Assembly (NCBI GenBank): GCA_965243135.1
Contig: OZ251539.1
Coordinates: 352,001 to 416,000, forward strand
Direction of reading: 5' to 3'
DNA length: 64,000 bases
DNA from: Alphaproteobacteria bacterium
GTDB lineage: Bacteria; Pseudomonadota; Alphaproteobacteria; MPNO01; UBA830
The translations under genes were made by a program, and so were the position numbers. Position 1 is the first letter of the stretch. Every line of letters starts with the position of its first letter. Below the pieces are notes generated by a model. It was not told the DNA's origin. It did no database searches and worked only from the letters and a program-made list of their open reading frames with translations. Shown here in pieces: positions 10,254 to 20,267 of this stretch.

Positions 10254-10657
10254 CCGTCGGGCCGATGCTTGAACGGTCGGCGCGGCGATTGAACTGCCGA
10301 CAATAATCGTCGGCGGCGCTGTTTCTGCCCATTTTTGATCGCGCCCGAGGAGACGGGCGGCGGACGGACGGACCGTTCCTTCGATGAGCGCTGCCGAGGA
10401 TGCCCGGACTTTCATGCGCCTCCTCGGCAATCCGTTGCTTGCAGGAATTTTCCGATATCGTCCGGGGATGCGAAATTCCGGTCGGCGCAGCGAAACCCGC
10501 TTCCAAGGGCGAACGCATTCGAGGAAGCAGCGGTCCAAGCCGTGGCGATGGTGGCGAGCGGCCGGAAAAATGATCGTTGGCGGGGCGGTTTCGGCCAACG
10601 GTGATGCGGACTCTTCACGAGACGATCCGGTATGATCGCGCACGGGAGAAACGGCGG

Positions 10658-11569
10658 ATGAAGATTTTCCTTGTTCTTGCGCTCGTTTTGGCGGCGTCGG
10701 GCGGTTCGGCGACAGTCCGGACGTTCGAAGAGTCTCGGACCGCCCATGAGTGCGGCGATTACGTGACGGCTATACGAACGGTTCGTCCGCTCGCCGAACA
10801 GGGACACGCCGGAGCTCAGTACACCCTCGGGACCATGTACCTTGAGGGCGCGGGTGTTGCACAGAACGATACCGGGGCGGCGAGGTGGCTCCGCCGCGCT
10901 GCCGAACAGGGACACGTCGGAGCTCAGATCCGCCTCATTATGTTCAACATTGGCAATGACGTTGCGGAGAATGACGCCGAGGCCGAGAAGCGGCATCGTC
11001 GCGACGCTGAGCAGGGATTCGCCCTCTCTCAGTTCGCGCTCGGAGTTATGTACTATACTGGCGAGGGCGTTGCGAAGGACGCCACCGAGGCGGCGAAACG
11101 GTACCGCTGCGCCGCCGAACAGGGACACGTCCGAGCTCGGTTTAATCTCGGGATCATGTACCGCCGAGGCGAGGGAGTTGCGAGGGACGACGCCGAGGCG
11201 ATGAAGTGGTTCCACCGCGCCGCCGAACAGGGGGATGCCGACGCTCAGTATAACCTCGGGATCATGTACGGCGTCGGCGAGGGCGTTGCGAAGGACGACG
11301 CCGAGGCGGCGAGGTGGTATCGCCGCGCCGCCGAACGGGGAAACGCCGACGCTCAGTACAACCTCGGGCGCATGTACTACACCGGCGAGGGTGTTCCCCA
11401 GTACTTCCTCCAAGCGCATGCGTGGGCCAATCTAGCGGCTTCCCGGCTGACCGGCGCGAAACGCGAGAAGGCTGTCGAGTTGCGCGACAAAGTTGCGGAA
11501 CTGCTGTCGAAATCGGAACTCGCGCGCGCGCAACGCATGGCGGAAGAGTGGCGGGCCGAGAACGAGTGA
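10658..11569 (+). CDS. Secreted Sel1-like repeat protein, copy 2 (6 repeats, some degenerate)
   Basis: Same signal peptide and C-terminus (LLSKSELARAQRMAEEWRA) as copy 1. Confidence 0.92.
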   Translation: MKIFLVLALVLAASGGSATVRTFEESRTAHECGDYVTAIRTVRPLAEQGHAGAQYTLGTMYLEGAGVAQNDTGAARWLRRAAEQGHVGAQIRLIMFNIGNDVAENDAEAEKRHRRDAEQGFALSQFALGVMYYTGEGVAKDATEAAKRYRCAAEQGHVRARFNLGIMYRRGEGVARDDAEAMKWFHRAAEQGDADAQYNLGIMYGVGEGVAKDDAEAARWYRRAAERGNADAQYNLGRMYYTGEGVPQYFLQAHAWANLAASRLTGAKREKAVELRDKVAELLSKSELARAQRMAEEWRAENE

Positions 11570-11756
11570 CGGTCGCCGCGGCGCGGACAGAAGTCCGCAC
11601 GGAACGAACGGGTTCGCCGGTTTCCCGAAACCCTGCAGACGCCGCGGCCGGAGCGCACGGGCTCCGGCACCCGGCTGCGAACCTTCTTTCTGTCGACGGA
11701 AGAGCGTCGTAGTTTCCCTCGTCCCGTTCGCGCCGCGGGATCGGAAAGAAGGAGCC

Positions 11757-12322
11757 GACGGCGCGATCCTTGACCGATCCCGGCGACTTGATCCGGTGGA
11801 GCGAAGAGATTCGCGCCGTGCCATCGGTCGCTGGCCAGCGCGCGGTCGAGGATTCGTGGTCGACGCCAGCGGCAACGGGGAGGATGCGGTCTGCCTTCTG
11901 ATCAGGAATTCAGAGGGGATGAACGCCCTCGGCAGGGGCGGGCGCATCTGCAGGATCGGCGACGACCTGTTCCGGGCAGGCTGCGAGCAGAGCGCCGGAA
12001 AGGAAGGGACGGAGCGGCGGGCCGGCCTCGACGAGAAGAACGCCGAACGGGTGGAGGCGGCGCAGCGGGCGCCCGGCCGAAGCTGCGGTATTTCGGCGTA
12101 GGCGCGGGAGAGACGAAGTTCGAAGTCGATGCGAAAGTGCAGATTTTCGAGGGCGGCGAGTGGGACGATCATGGCGAGGTGGTCGAAATCCGCAGGCGAG
12201 ACGCCATCGTCCGATGGCGCGCCAGTGGCCTCGTTGCGACGATGCACTGAGCTGAGTTGATCGACTTGATGGTCGCAGAATCGAGATGGGATCTCCAGCA
12301 CCTACGGGAGAATCCCGCGTAG
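11757..12322 (+). pseudogene. ardC: ardC remnant retaining only the C-terminal extension, plus a decayed copy of the small downstream ORF
   Basis: 11780-12101 matches 21308-21644; 12113-12322 matches 21662-21871. Confidence 0.85.
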
Positions 12323-12494
12323 GGCCGACGGTCCTGTTGGTCGGGCATCCCGCCATGTACGGCCGTTTTTGCGCGGACGTTCGTGCAATTCATCGCTTTT
12401 CAAGTCCGACTTGGCGTCGAGCTTGATGTCCACGCGACTGTCGAAGCAAATCGGGGTCGCTTCGGAGGCCGGCGGGCGAGCAGGCATTTTTCCC

Positions 12495-13409
12495 TCAAGG
12501 TGCGTTACCAAGGGTCGGGCGAGTCTCGTCGAGCAACCGGCATATGTCGTCAAGCAACCGTCGGCATATTTCGCACCTCGGTGACTCCCTCTTCTTCGCT
12601 ATATCCGCGGGCGTGTCGCCGGCCAGATTCCGCACGCCGGGATCGGCGGCGGTCAGCAACGCTTCGACTACGGCCGGGCTTAGCCCTTCTGCGGCCGCGA
12701 AGTGGAGCGGGGTCTCGCCGTCCTTGTTTCGTGCGTCAGGATTGCCACCGGACGCCAGGAGGGCTTTGGTCACCTCATCGGAACCTTCTCCGAAATAGCG
12801 GGTGGCTGCCGCCATATGAAGCGGAGTTTCGTCGTCTTCGTCTCGCGCATTCGGATCCGCGCCGCCAGCCAGGAGGGCGTAGAGCATCGTCGGAAAATTT
12901 GCGGCTGCCATATGTATCGCTGTCCAGCCGGCTGCCGTTCGCATACTCGCATCCGCGCCCGAGGCCAGAAGCGCCGAGACAATCGCGGTATCCTCCTGGT
13001 ATTCGACCGCGAGATAGAGCGGGGTACGCTCGTTATTCGGAATGTCGAGTGTAACGTCGGGATCCGCTCCGGCAGCCAGAAGCGCCGAGACGACCTCCGG
13101 CCTCCCGTTGTGCTCCGCGGCCAGATGAAGAGGAGTGTAGCTTTCCTCCATGCGTGCGGTCAGATCCGCGCCAGCGCGCAATAACGCCTCGACGGGCGCG
13201 GCATTTTCGCCGAATGCAGCCGCCCAATGAAGCGGGGTCCAGCCCTCGTTGTCGCGTGCCTCCACGTTTGCGCCGGCCGTCAGGAGGGCTTCGAGCACAG
13301 CCGGATCGCGGGTGTGGGCAGCTGCCCAATGCAGTGGCGCGACGCCCCAGTCATCCGGCCTGCTGGCGTCCGCTCCAGCTACAAGTCGGGTGATCACGTC
13401 GTCATCCAT
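12495..13409 (-). CDS. Ankyrin repeat protein
   Basis: About 7 repeats of GxTPLHxAA...LLxAGADxxAR. Confidence 0.93.
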   Translation of the reverse strand: MDDDVITRLVAGADASRPDDWGVAPLHWAAAHTRDPAVLEALLTAGANVEARDNEGWTPLHWAAAFGENAAPVEALLRAGADLTARMEESYTPLHLAAEHNGRPEVVSALLAAGADPDVTLDIPNNERTPLYLAVEYQEDTAIVSALLASGADASMRTAAGWTAIHMAAANFPTMLYALLAGGADPNARDEDDETPLHMAAATRYFGEGSDEVTKALLASGGNPDARNKDGETPLHFAAAEGLSPAVVEALLTAADPGVRNLAGDTPADIAKKRESPRCEICRRLLDDICRLLDETRPTLGNAP

Positions 13410-13859
13410 TGCTCGCTCTCGCTTCAGCGGTGAACTCCATGCGGCCCGTGCGAATGGAGTGGCTTGGTTCGCTCTTTATCGTGGAAATACCGGAAGGTCA
13501 CGCCGCTCACTGTATAGCGGAGAGCCCGAGCCGGACAAGCGGTCGGACCGACGGGGAACGGTGCTGCCTGCGCAGTGCATTGCGGTGCAACGCCGCGACT
13601 TCCTGCGCAGGTGTTCGGCCGGCGTTCGGGCTGGTGCCAAACTGGATATCGCCGCTCCGTACAGCCGAGCCGCGGCATGGGGCTGGCGTTTCAACTGTCA
13701 AGACGAGGCGTCGCGGACATCGGCGGAGAAGCGCGGTTCGGGCGTGTCGACCACGCCTTGGGCGCGTATCGTCATTGCTATCGGCGGGGAGTTGTTCGGC
13801 TGGATTCGCGAGCTTCGAAGTGCCCGAGGATGATAGCGGGCCAGCGCTCCTGAACGAAT

Positions 13860-14260
13860 CGCCTGCGGGTTCGACGTCGGGCGGCGCCCGTCTTCCAGGC
13901 GCGACCCGGGGTTTGGACTCTCTTGATCAGCGGCCGTGTCGGCTACGAGCGGAAGTTTCCTGCGGCAGGGCAGCAAGAGACCGGATCGCCGGAATTGCCG
14001 CGGCGCAGCTGGATCAGGTCCTGTCCGCCCGCTGCATGCGGGAGCCTCGCTGCCGCTGCGTTGCCCGCCCTGCTCCCGGCAATGGTGGAAAGCGTCAACG
14101 CCGACGGATCGTCGTCGTCGCGACGTTCACGTTCGCCAGCCCGTCGTCCGTGCCGCCGCTCGACGTCACCGTTTGCGTCGCGTTCCAGTTCATTGTCCAG
14201 AAGGTCGGCGACAACGGTGTCAGGTCTTAGCAAAGTCCTTCGGGCGGGAAGGCACGCTTT
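13860..14260 (-). repeat. Decayed segment duplicated at ~16130-16460; probable adhesin/autotransporter passenger remnant
   Basis: Both copies share gactctcttgatcagc, gagcggaagtttcctgcggcagggcagca and atcaggtcctgtccgccc. The minus strand encodes NWNATQTVT...DD, an adhesin-repeat-like motif. Confidence 0.6.
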
Positions 14261-14330
14261 TGTTTGTGGAGACCGCACCAAGTGTTTGAGAAATTGGTTG
14301 CGTCCGAGACGTTTTTTCGAGTTTCCAATA

Positions 14331-14978
14331 TTACCGAGTACGAATTTGTCCAGGTCGACTTGCGGGTCGACCCTGTCGCGAAGCGCGCACTGCATTTCGC
14401 GCTGAGACAATCAAATTGCGTTTGATGGCCTTAACCTCCTTCAGCGCAATCGGCGCACCGTTCATGTACGCCGGGCCGACATTCGCGACGTAGGTATCGA
14501 TTTCGCCGATTTGTTGCTCGGTATCGAGGATTTGTTGCTCGGTATCGAGCCGGAGGTCGATTTCGCGGTAGCGCTCGAAGCGGTAGGCAGGTTTTTCAAC
14601 GCCTTCGCTCTTGTGCATGCATTGCAGTTGCTTCTTGGTAAGGTACAACACGGCGACGCGCACTATCGCGCCCGTTTGACGGACGAGCGTTGCCGCGCCG
14701 TAGCTTGCGATTCTGGCTGCGTAGACGACGTCAAAGTCGTGCAATGTCGCGGCGACCGCCGCGATAGCGGGTTCATGTTTGAATTTGCAAGCCAATTGCT
14801 TGGGTGCACGATTCGAACCGATGGCGAGAATGCGCTTGCGGTCGGGAGCATCGATGATTTCGGCGATTCGGTCGGGGTCTTCGCTCGGTTTGCCGTTCTC
14901 GAATAGAAAACTCTCGTTCGGCGCTTCGTAGGAATAGTCGAGCGCACGCTCGATCTGCTTCCGTTGTTCGTCGTTCAT
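14331..14978 (-). CDS. Hypothetical protein with a gamma-glutamylcyclotransferase-like N-terminal motif (3' end probably frameshifted)
   Basis: ILAIGSNRAPKQLACKF resembles the GGCT hhhYGSN loop; paralogue at 17960-18546. Confidence 0.6.
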   Translation of the reverse strand: MNDEQRKQIERALDYSYEAPNESFLFENGKPSEDPDRIAEIIDAPDRKRILAIGSNRAPKQLACKFKHEPAIAAVAATLHDFDVVYAARIASYGAATLVRQTGAIVRVAVLYLTKKQLQCMHKSEGVEKPAYRFERYREIDLRLDTEQQILDTEQQIGEIDTYVANVGPAYMNGAPIALKEVKAIKRNLIVSARNAVRASRQGRPASRPGQIRTR

Positions 14979-15443
14979 TGTCGAATTCCCGGCTCAGGAC
15001 CACCCGAACTGCGGCCGATGCGCCGGAAGGCTACGGCCTGCCCGCTGCGGGTTCAAGCATCCGGGCGGGCGAGTCTCCGCAACTGCCCGCTACCCGCCAG
15101 CCCGACAACTCCGGAATTCCGTCGCTCGCACCGCCATGACTCGGCCGGCCGATGAACGGCGTTCGAACCTGCTTGAAAGGCACGCTCCGTGCGGGCCTCA
15201 ACGGGGAGCCGTCGGTTCCGCGGACCGGGAGATTCGCGATGCCGTCCGGCGCTTGGCAGCGTGTCGCAGGTGCCGTCGCAGCGTTTCCCGTTGTTGGAGG
15301 CTCGTAAAGCTTTCGAGGCGGCCCACGGCGCCGAAGGTTCCCGTTCCGTCGCGAAGCCGCGCCTTTCGCGGCGGCCGGGAGCGGGTCGCCCGTCCGGGGG
15401 GAGGCGGCCGCCCGGCGCGCGTTGCCGGCCCGCCGCCGGGGTT

Positions 15444-16061
15444 TCAGAAGCGCATCGCGAAGTTGATCCCGCCGTCGAACTCGCCGTTGCCGCTGCCGCG
15501 GGCGGCGTATCCGGCGGAGGCGCGCAACGCGTAGCGGCCGTCCTCCCAGCTGCGCGCGCCGCCGATCCCGAGGCGGACCCCGGTCTTTCGGGCCTCGGCG
15601 GTCTTCAACGCCTCCCGCGAAATCTTCGCCGTCCGCTCCTCCGCGAACTCGCGCGTCGCCTCCACCGAGCCGGACAGCCGCAAGCCGTCCTCCATCTGCG
15701 CCTCGGCTCGCAACCCGGCGCGGCCCGCGAGGCTCCGCGCGTCTTCCACCGACACCCGGGCTCCGCCGCTGCCTATCGTGTCCGTGAAATCCAGAGACAC
15801 GTCCGACCACGCCAGCCCGACGCCGGGCGTCACGGTCAGGCCGTCGCCCATGTCCGTCCGCCGCTCGACCTCGACGCCGAGGGCCAGCCCCAGAGCTTTC
15901 GCGCCGTCCTTCAGAACCGCGTTCCGGCCGGTGGTCAGCTTGACGTCGTACCAGGTCGCCATCGCCTGCGCGTCCATGTGGAAGCCGCCGCCGAAGAACG
16001 CTGTGCCGTGCGCGCCCGCGCCGACCCCGGACAGTTCGATCTCGCCGCCGGAATCCGCCAT
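15444..16061 (-). pseudogene. Autotransporter beta-barrel C-terminal fragment
   Basis: Alternating beta-strands (ATWYDVKL, LTVTPGVGLAWSDV, SLAGRAGLRAE) and terminal ...GGINFAMRF; no signal peptide or passenger in frame. Confidence 0.75.
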
Positions 16062-16474
16062 TTCCGCCGACCGGCGGCGGCTGCCATCGCCCGGGGCGTC
16101 TGGCGCAGCGCCGGGTTCGGCTTTTCGGCTGCGGGCTCGACATCGGGCGGCCCGCGTCTTCCAGGCGCGACCCTGGATCTGGACTCTCTTGATCAGCAGC
16201 CGCGCCCGCTATGAGCGGAAGTTTCCTGCGGCAGGGCAGCAGAAGACCGGGGAATCGCCGCTGCGCAGCTGAATCAGGTCCTGTCCGCCCGACGCGGGAG
16301 CGTCGAGAGCGCCGCCGCTGCGTTGCCCGGCCCGCTCTCGGCAATGTTCGAAAGCGCCAACGCCGACGGTTCGCCGTCGCCGCGACGTTCTCCAGCCCGT
16401 CGTCCCGAAGGCTGGCGACAGCGGCGTCAGGTCTCGACAAAGTCCTTCGAACGGGAAGGGGCTGACACGTTATT

Positions 16475-16800
16475 CCTTTCTTGCGGAATTTGGGAAAGCG
16501 CGATTTTGACTTTCGCGCCTTGCCGTCTCGTTTCTTGCCCCGCCACGCGGTTACGGCTTCGCCGAGATGCGTTATTGCGTGCAAGCCCACGCGCTGGCGC
16601 ACGGCGTGGGACCATGGGTTCGCGCTTCGCCGAGTTGAATCTGCGGGTGAGGTCGCAGGTTCCGCGAAACTCGCCCTTGTCCAATCCTGCCTTGAAGTCG
16701 GCGAGGGCATGGTTGTACGCGTCGCGTGCGAACCCTGCGTGTTCACGTAGCAGAGTTCCTGCTCCTTGTTGGATCCAACAGGTGCGCGCGAACGACGTTG
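16475..16800 (-). pseudogene. tnpB: TnpB (IS200/IS605) N-terminal remnant
   Basis: Across frameshifts reads RAH.LDP..EQE.LLREHAGFARDAYNHALA...AITHLGEA...RFPKFRKKG; the RuvC half is absent. Confidence 0.75.
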
Positions 16801-16857
16801 CGTTGACGCCTGTATCGCCTTGACGAGAGGGGTCTGCGCTGTGCGCAGCGCCTCTTG

Positions 16858-17430
16858 TCAGGCGGTGTTGGGGTTGAGAGCGTCCGGGTCGTTTTCGTCG
16901 AAATGTTCCCACTCGACGAAGTCCGGGTTCGTGGCGAGGTATTCGCGGAACTCCTTGAGCTGCGCGATATAGCCGTCGAAGTCCTGTTCCGGCCGCTTGG
17001 CGTTGAAGGTCTTGAAGTCGGGAAGCTCGAAGGTGGTCATGTTCTTGAGCTTGATGCGCCTGCGAGCGATGGTGTGGGCGAGGAAGACGGCGCCGGGGTC
17101 CATCTCCGAGATGCAGATGCAGGTCATGGTCAGGCGTTCGGCGACGGTCTCGTTAATGTGGAAGGGACGATCGAGGAGGTTGTCCTTGAATTCGCAGGGC
17201 TTGGAGACGTTGATGTCGCGAGGGAAGTTGAGATGCTTGGCGAAGAAGGCGCCGGAAGCGTCGACGACGACGATGTCTTTGTCCTCCTGTGGCCTGACGT
17301 GAAAGAACTCGTCCTTGCGAAACTCGTACGCGGGGTCGTCATGGACCTGCTGGATGGCTTCGATGACGAGATCCGCCAACTCATAGCTGGGCATGTCGAC
17401 GGCCATGTTGACGAGGGTGGGCTGGTTCAT
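16858..17430 (-). CDS. Hypothetical protein (190 aa)
   Basis: ATG after aaggg, strong third-position GC bias, no recognised motif. Confidence 0.75.
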   Translation of the reverse strand: MNQPTLVNMAVDMPSYELADLVIEAIQQVHDDPAYEFRKDEFFHVRPQEDKDIVVVDASGAFFAKHLNFPRDINVSKPCEFKDNLLDRPFHINETVAERLTMTCICISEMDPGAVFLAHTIARRRIKLKNMTTFELPDFKTFNAKRPEQDFDGYIAQLKEFREYLATNPDFVEWEHFDENDPDALNPNTA

Positions 17431-17959
17431 TGCGTGCCCTTTCGGTTGCGCGCGACTTATGGCGTCCGACCGCTGGAGACAGGATCTTCGAGAGGAAGCT
17501 CGGGTTGGCTTCTGGATTGCGGCAGTCGGAAGGGATGAAGTTCCGGTCGGAAGTTGCGTTCGTAGTGTTTCTTGTCGTCGAGCGTGCGCTTGTCTTCGCA
17601 CGCTCTGGCGGGAGCGTTCCAGAATTTCCCCGTGGCCGTGCGCGAAAGCGACCAAACGGCTGCTTTGACCGGCGATCCGTGTTCCTCTTCGCGTATGCAG
17701 GTCGTCCCTATGCGGCGGTGAGCCGCTGCGGCGCGCTGCGGCATCGTAGAGCTTGGAACATACGTTTTTCCCGCCGAGCGTGCAGGGGCGCGCGACCTCC
17801 AGGGACTCGCCGTCGTCCCTCATGCGGGAGACGGGCCGACCGCATACGAGGACGCCTACGACTTCCGTGCCGACGATCGCCTTGTCTATGGAGACTGCAC
17901 CGGGTTTTTGAGGAATTTTTTTCGCCTGTCACGGTTTTTTTGTTGTCCTCGCCAACGCT

Positions 17960-18546
17960 GCCGAGCACGAATTCGTCCAGGTCGACTTGCGGGTCGATCA
18001 TGTCGCGAAGCGCGCACTGCATTTCGCGCTGGGACAATTCATTCAGGTTGCGTTCGACGGCCGTAACCTCCTTCAGCGCAACCTGCGCACCGTCCAGGAA
18101 CGCCGGGCCGACATTCGCGACGTAGGTATCGAGCCGGAGGTCGATTTTGCGGTAGCGCTCGAAGCGGTAGGCAGGTGTTTCGCTGTCGTGCATGCGCTGC
18201 AACTGCCCCTCGACAACACGGCGACGCGCACTATCGCGCCCGGTTCAGGGACGAGCGTCGCCGGTATCGCGCCGTAGCTTGCGATCCTGGCTGCGTAGAC
18301 GACGTCAAAGTCATGCAATGTCGCGGCGACCGCCGCGATAGCGCACTCGTCAGATTTGTCGAATTTGCGAGCCAGTTGCCCGGGTGAACGGTTCGAGCCG
18401 ATGGCGAGAATGCGCTTGCGGTCGGGAGCATTGATGATTTCCCGGCCGGGATCTTCGCTCGGTTCGCCGTTCTCGAAGAGGAAACTCCTGTCTGGCGCTT
18501 CGTAGGGATAGTCGAGCGCAAGAGCGATCTTCTGTGCGTCGTTCAC
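17960..18546 (-). pseudogene. Frameshifted paralogue of 14331-14978 (GGCT-like)
   Basis: High nucleotide identity with a frameshift near 18210; the upstream non-coding region (18545-18760) also matches 14980-15180. Confidence 0.8.
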
Positions 18547-19272
18547 TGTCGAATTCCCGGCTCAGGGCCGCCCGAACTGCGGCCGATGCGCCAGAAGGCT
18601 ACGACCTGCCCGCCGAGGGTTCAAGCATAAGGGCGGGGGAGTCACTGCAACCGCCCGCTACGCGCCGGCCCGACAACTCCGGAATTCCGCCGCTCGCATC
18701 GCCATGACTCGGCGGGTCGGCCGACGAACGGCGTTCGAACTCGCTTGAGAGGCGTCGAACGTTCCGTGCCGCACACGGCTTTCGACAGGATCCGGCTGAA
18801 CGCGGTGACAGGAACATGCCGGTCAACGCCGCTCTGAGTGCTTTTGCGACGCATAGGGTTCTGGAACCGGCCAGCCGAGGAAACGCGAGGGCGGCGGCGG
18901 GTCGGGCCGGAGGTCGGCTGAACTGTCGGCAACATCGGCCGATGGATCCCTTGCGCCTGGAGAGCCGGTCGGCGGATGGACGGACCGTCTCCTCAATGGG
19001 TGGCGATAAGCGATGCGGAAGATCGGGGGACTTTCATGCGGCTCCGCGGAAGCCCGTTCCTTGCAGGAACTTTCGAGATCGGCGGAAAAGTCGGAAGGCT
19101 GGCTGCCCATCGAAACCCGCCACCAAGGGCGAACGCATTCGAGGAAGCAGAGGTTTGCGCCGTGGCGGCGGGCGGCCGAAAAAACGGCCGTTCGCGACGT
19201 TGTTTCGGCCGACGGCGCGGCGGGATCTCCACGAGACGATCCGATATGATCGCGCATACGGGAGAAACATGG

Positions 19273-20079
19273 ATGAAGATATTCCTTGTTCTTGCGCTCG
19301 TTCTGACGGTGTCGGCCGGTTCGGCGACGGCGCAATCGTTCGAAGAGGCTGGGGCGGCCTATGATCGCGGCGATTACGCCACGGCTTTGCGTGGTTTTCG
19401 GCATCTTGCCGACCAGGAACACGCGGAGGCTCAGTTTTTGCTCGGGAGCATGTACCGCCTTGGCGAGGGCGTTGCGGAGGACGCCGCCGAGGCGGTGAAG
19501 TGGTATCGCCGCGCCGCCGAACAGGGAGGTGCCAAGGCTCAGTACGTCCTCGGGGGCATGTACCATCGTGGCGAGGGCGTTGCGGAGAACGCTGCGGAGG
19601 CTGCGAAGTGGTATCGCCGCGCCGCCGAACAGGGAGACGCCGACGCTCAGTACGTCCTCGGGCTCATGTACGGTCTCGGCGAGGGCGTTGCGGAGGATGC
19701 CGCCGAGGAGGCGAAGTGGTATCGCCGCGCCGCCGAACAGGGACACGCCAAGGCTCAGCTCTTCCTCGGGGCCATGTACACCCGCGGCAAGGAGGTTGCG
19801 AAGGACGCCGCCGAGGCGGCGAGGTGGTATCGCCGCGCCGCTGAACAGGGAGACGCCGGAGCTCAGCACTTACTCGGGCTCATGTACTACCAAGGTAGGG
19901 GCGTTCCCCAGAATTACCTTCAAGCGCATATGTGGGCGAATCTGGCCGCTTCCCGACTAACCGGCTCGGTACGCGAGCAGGCTGCCAAATTGCGCGATGG
20001 TCTCGCGAAGTTGCTGTCGAAATCGGAACTCGGACGCGCGCAACGCATGGCGGAAGAGTGGCGGGCCAAGGCCGAGTGA
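19273..20079 (+). CDS. Secreted Sel1-like repeat protein, copy 3 (5 repeats)
   Basis: Signal peptide, Sel1 repeats and shared C-terminus. Confidence 0.95.
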   Translation: MKIFLVLALVLTVSAGSATAQSFEEAGAAYDRGDYATALRGFRHLADQEHAEAQFLLGSMYRLGEGVAEDAAEAVKWYRRAAEQGGAKAQYVLGGMYHRGEGVAENAAEAAKWYRRAAEQGDADAQYVLGLMYGLGEGVAEDAAEEAKWYRRAAEQGHAKAQLFLGAMYTRGKEVAKDAAEAARWYRRAAEQGDAGAQHLLGLMYYQGRGVPQNYLQAHMWANLAASRLTGSVREQAAKLRDGLAKLLSKSELGRAQRMAEEWRAKAE

Positions 20080-20085
20080 CGGTCG

Positions 20086-20249
20086 CCGCGGCGCGGACAG
20101 AAGTCCGCACGGAACGAACGTATCCGCCGGTTTCGCGAAACTCCGCAGACGCCGCGGCCGCAGCGCGCGCGTCCCGGCGACCGGTTGCAAACCTTTTTTC
20201 TGTCGCCGGAAGAGCGTAGTAGTTTCCCTCGTCCCGTTCGCGCCGCGGG
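20086..20249 (+). promoter_or_regulatory. Long inverted-repeat-bounded spacer upstream of ardC (candidate single-stranded promoter; copies at ~2767-2930 and ~11576-11738)
   Basis: CCGCGGCGCGGAC pairs with GTTCGCGCCGCGG about 140 nt downstream in all three copies. Confidence 0.5.
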
Positions 20250-20267
20250 GCCGGAAAGAAGGAGTTG

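Noticed and set aside
16130-16475. omegaRNA or IS605 right end after tnpB
   Set aside because: tnpB is truncated before RuvC, and the downstream DNA is the duplicated adhesin-like relic
15031-16746. 571-aa minus-strand ORF as a single gene
   Set aside because: It is a chance read-through of TnpB, adhesin and off-frame barrel remnants with Arg/Gly-rich nonsense composition
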